Source of the DNA: Methanosphaera stadtmanae DSM 3091
GTDB lineage: Archaea > Methanobacteriota > Methanobacteria > Methanobacteriales > Methanobacteriaceae
Reading direction: 5' to 3'
NCBI RefSeq assembly: GCF_000012545.1
Contig: NC_007681.1
Span: 1,590,001-1,622,000 of the forward strand
Length of the DNA: 32,000 nt
Every line of letters begins with the position of its first letter. Within the stretch, counting starts at the first letter, position 1. Below are positions 29,994 to 32,000 of this stretch, in pieces. A program made the position numbers and the translations under genes. The notes beneath the pieces were generated by a model. It was not told the DNA's origin. It saw nothing but the letters and a program-made list of their open reading frames with translations, and searched no databases.

Positions 29994-30326
29994 CTATATT
30001 CCCCCCCAGTAGAATACTATTGATATTATTGCTAATGTTAAAACAGCATAAAACATCATATTATTTATATCATCGTTGTGTTCTTTGTACAATTTAGGCA
30101 TGATTGGTGTTGCATACATAAAGATTATGATTAAGGCAACTTCTACAATTACCATCAATGCAGGACTTACTAATCTAATAGTCAAAGCAGCCACTAATAA
30201 AGATGCTATTAAGACTAATTCAGCAGACATGACTGATGATGTTACAGATCCATTAACTAATGTTTTCTTAGGATCATCCCCAAATGTACTTTTTAAAGTT
30301 TCGACAAGTTTATCGTACATATTCAT
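29994..30326 (-). CDS. ehbG: Energy-converting hydrogenase B small membrane subunit
   Basis: 110 aa with two or three TM segments. AGGTGA SD. Its stop abuts the ehbH ATG (TAGATG). Named by position. Confidence 0.6.
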   Translation of the reverse strand: MNMYDKLVETLKSTFGDDPKKTLVNGSVTSSVMSAELVLIASLLVAALTIRLVSPALMVIVEVALIIIFMYATPIMPKLYKEHNDDINNMMFYAVLTLAIISIVFYWGGI

Positions 30327-30338
30327 TTTATCACCTTA

Positions 30339-31853
30339 TTACATTATTAAAGCGGAAAAAGCCATGACTCCAAGTCTATTTACTACTAAATCAGGACATA
30401 AACCTATAATTAAACAAATAATTAAGAAGAATACCATTATTGCCATAGTTGTTTTAGGAACTTTTGCAGAAGATACTTCTAAATCATCTGGTTTTGGTCT
30501 AAGGAACATTGCATATGTGATTTTTAAGAATGCTAAGAAAGTTACAATACTTAATATAATCATAATTATTGCAAGTTCTGGTATTCCTGCACTTAATGCA
30601 GCTTGACATAACATGTATTTACTTTGGAATACATTGAATGGAGGTACTCCAGCCATTATAAATCCTGCAAGTACAATTAATAATGCTGCTACAGGCATAT
30701 GTTCTAATAATCCACCAAGTTTACTGATTTTACTTGTTCTTGTTTTGTATAATACTAAACCAAATCCTACAAACAAGAATGAAGTTACTACTAATTCATT
30801 TACTGCTTGGAATAATCCTGCTGTTATACTGTATGGAGTTCCTAATCCTAGTCCTACACCAATATAACCTAATTCACCAACAGCTAAGTATGCGATGATA
30901 CGTTTGTAATCATCTTGCACCATAGCCATACTTATACCTAAAATCATTGCAAGTACAGATACTGCAAGTATTGCCATTTGTACTGATGGTAAATATCCAA
31001 ATATTCTAATTAATACTAAACCTATGGATATACAACCTATTACAGAGAATGATTGTAATAATACTGATCCACTAGGTAAACCTTTACTGTAAATTTCTGA
31101 TTTAATTGCATTGAATGGTGGTAATCCTGTTGCATATAACCAACCATAAATTAACATACCTGCTGCAAATAATAATACTGGGTTTGTTGGATCTACTGCT
31201 CCATTGTGTATCATCATTACAATATCAGTTATGTTTACGTTACCTGTTAATCCAAGTAATAAAGCAATACCCAATAACATGAAGGAACCGCCTATTTCTC
31301 CAAGTAACATGTATTTTAAACCAGTTACATAATTTCCTCTTACTCTTGATACGAGTATTAAACCTACTTGAACAAGAGCTGCTATTTCAAAGAATACATA
31401 TAAGTGGAATATATCATCTGTTAATACAAATGCCATTAATGCTGCTGAGAGCATGAATAATAAATATAAGTATACTCCAGATGTTTTCTTAGTTTCTGCA
31501 ATGGATATGAATACTGCACACATTGCAACTATACCTAATATAAATGCAACTACTTGTTGTCCAGGTCCAAATGCATATGTAATTGCTGGGTGGAATAATT
31601 CTAGAACTGATCCAGAAATTATTGCTTTAGATAATGCAGGTAATTGAACTGCTAATCCACCAGCTGCTAGAGGTTTATATCCTCCAAAGAAATGGTTTCC
31701 ATATGTTGCTACTAATGGTACTATTGGTAAACAAATAGCAGTAATAACTGCCAATACTTTTGTTATTTTTTCAGAACCATGTAATAGGTTAACTAATATA
31801 GCACAAATTATTGGTATAATAACCATTAATGGTAAAAAGATAGTTCCATCCAT
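30339..31853 (-). CDS. ehbF: Energy-converting hydrogenase B antiporter-like subunit (NuoL/M/N, MrpD family)
   Basis: 504 aa with about 14 TM segments and a typical proton-translocating antiporter-like subunit pattern. A G-rich SD lies 7 nt upstream. Confidence 0.82.
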   Translation of the reverse strand: MDGTIFLPLMVIIPIICAILVNLLHGSEKITKVLAVITAICLPIVPLVATYGNHFFGGYKPLAAGGLAVQLPALSKAIISGSVLELFHPAITYAFGPGQQVVAFILGIVAMCAVFISIAETKKTSGVYLYLLFMLSAALMAFVLTDDIFHLYVFFEIAALVQVGLILVSRVRGNYVTGLKYMLLGEIGGSFMLLGIALLLGLTGNVNITDIVMMIHNGAVDPTNPVLLFAAGMLIYGWLYATGLPPFNAIKSEIYSKGLPSGSVLLQSFSVIGCISIGLVLIRIFGYLPSVQMAILAVSVLAMILGISMAMVQDDYKRIIAYLAVGELGYIGVGLGLGTPYSITAGLFQAVNELVVTSFLFVGFGLVLYKTRTSKISKLGGLLEHMPVAALLIVLAGFIMAGVPPFNVFQSKYMLCQAALSAGIPELAIIMIILSIVTFLAFLKITYAMFLRPKPDDLEVSSAKVPKTTMAIMVFFLIICLIIGLCPDLVVNRLGVMAFSALIM

Positions 31854-31886
31854 TATAAACTACCCCCCATTGCTGTAATTACAGTA

Positions 31887-32000
31887 CTATTCATTATTAT
31901 CCTCTCCAAATCTTTTATCATTTAAAAGAACGGATGCACTTAAAGTACCATGTCTTTTATATAATACTACTGTCATTGCTAACATTACAGCAAGTGTACT
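31887..32000 (-). CDS. ehbE: Energy-converting hydrogenase B membrane subunit, C-terminal fragment (MrpC/NuoK-like; 5' end outside window)
   Basis: The - strand frame reads '...STLAVMLAMTVVLYKRHGTLSASVLLNDKRFGEDNNE*', ending at TAG 31889-31887. The pattern resembles MnhC/NuoK C-termini. Named by position. Confidence 0.55.
   Translation of the reverse strand, partial: STLAVMLAMTVVLYKRHGTLSASVLLNDKRFGEDNNE

Noticed and set aside
2861-31647. Many + strand ORFs of 60-177 aa overlap - strand genes. Examples are 2861-3043, 6576-7054, 9414-9617, 10779-11333, 12799-12987, 13819-14310, 14598-14825, 15614-15877, 21518-21730, 22280-22813, 24291-24662, 24972-25220, 25745-25951, 26440-26697, 27299-27502, 28630-28905, 29023-29271, 30076-30867 and 31453-31647. 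The - strand ORF 17671-17862 lies inside a + strand gene.
   Set aside because: They are antisense shadows of well-supported genes. Their translations are low-complexity (I/L/F/S/T-rich) with no motifs and no SD sequences, and the partner strand carries clear family signatures. Long shadow ORFs are expected in AT-rich, stop-poor antisense frames.
31854-31895. A 13-codon ORF (MNSTVITAMGGSL) bridging the ehbE stop and the ehbF start.
   Set aside because: It has no SD of its own. It overlaps the ehbE stop region and contains the ehbF G-rich SD, so it is most likely fortuitous.

Overview
This is a very AT-rich archaeal chromosome segment. Its gene content and order are typical of a Methanobacteriales methanogen (Methanosphaera/Methanobrevibacter-like; inferred, not searched). 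Most of the window is core housekeeping. It holds a 5'-truncated AAA+ ATPase, a bacterial-type gdhA, a MATE exporter, hjc, pyrK-pyrD, nop5-flpA and coaBC. It also holds two membrane-anchored hypotheticals, pheA, three consecutive CBS-domain genes, and a queE-queD operon led by an uncharacterised gene with a divergent predicted nucleotidyltransferase. Further along are two tandem ACT-domain paralogues, a feoA-feoB locus followed by two small Cys-rich paralogues, and the distal part of the energy-converting [NiFe] hydrogenase Ehb operon in canonical order ehbE to ehbP. I saw no tRNA, rRNA, CRISPR array or obvious mobile element. The observations most worth follow-up are listed here. (1) Two paralogous Cys-rich zinc-ribbon-like peptides with amphipathic tails lie 3' of feoB, and a twice-occurring TTAGGT-AW-ACCTAA palindrome sits just downstream of TATA-like elements before feoA and feoB. 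(2) A perfect 22-bp x 7.5 tandem repeat lies next to a decayed convergent gene pair (an HxlR-like regulator and a PNPOx-like protein). (3) An uncharacterised gene appears to be co-operonic with queD-queE, and queE appears to start at ATT. (4) The tandem ACT paralogues carry patches of near-identical DNA. None of these is a demonstrated new system; they are leads from reading the sequence by eye.
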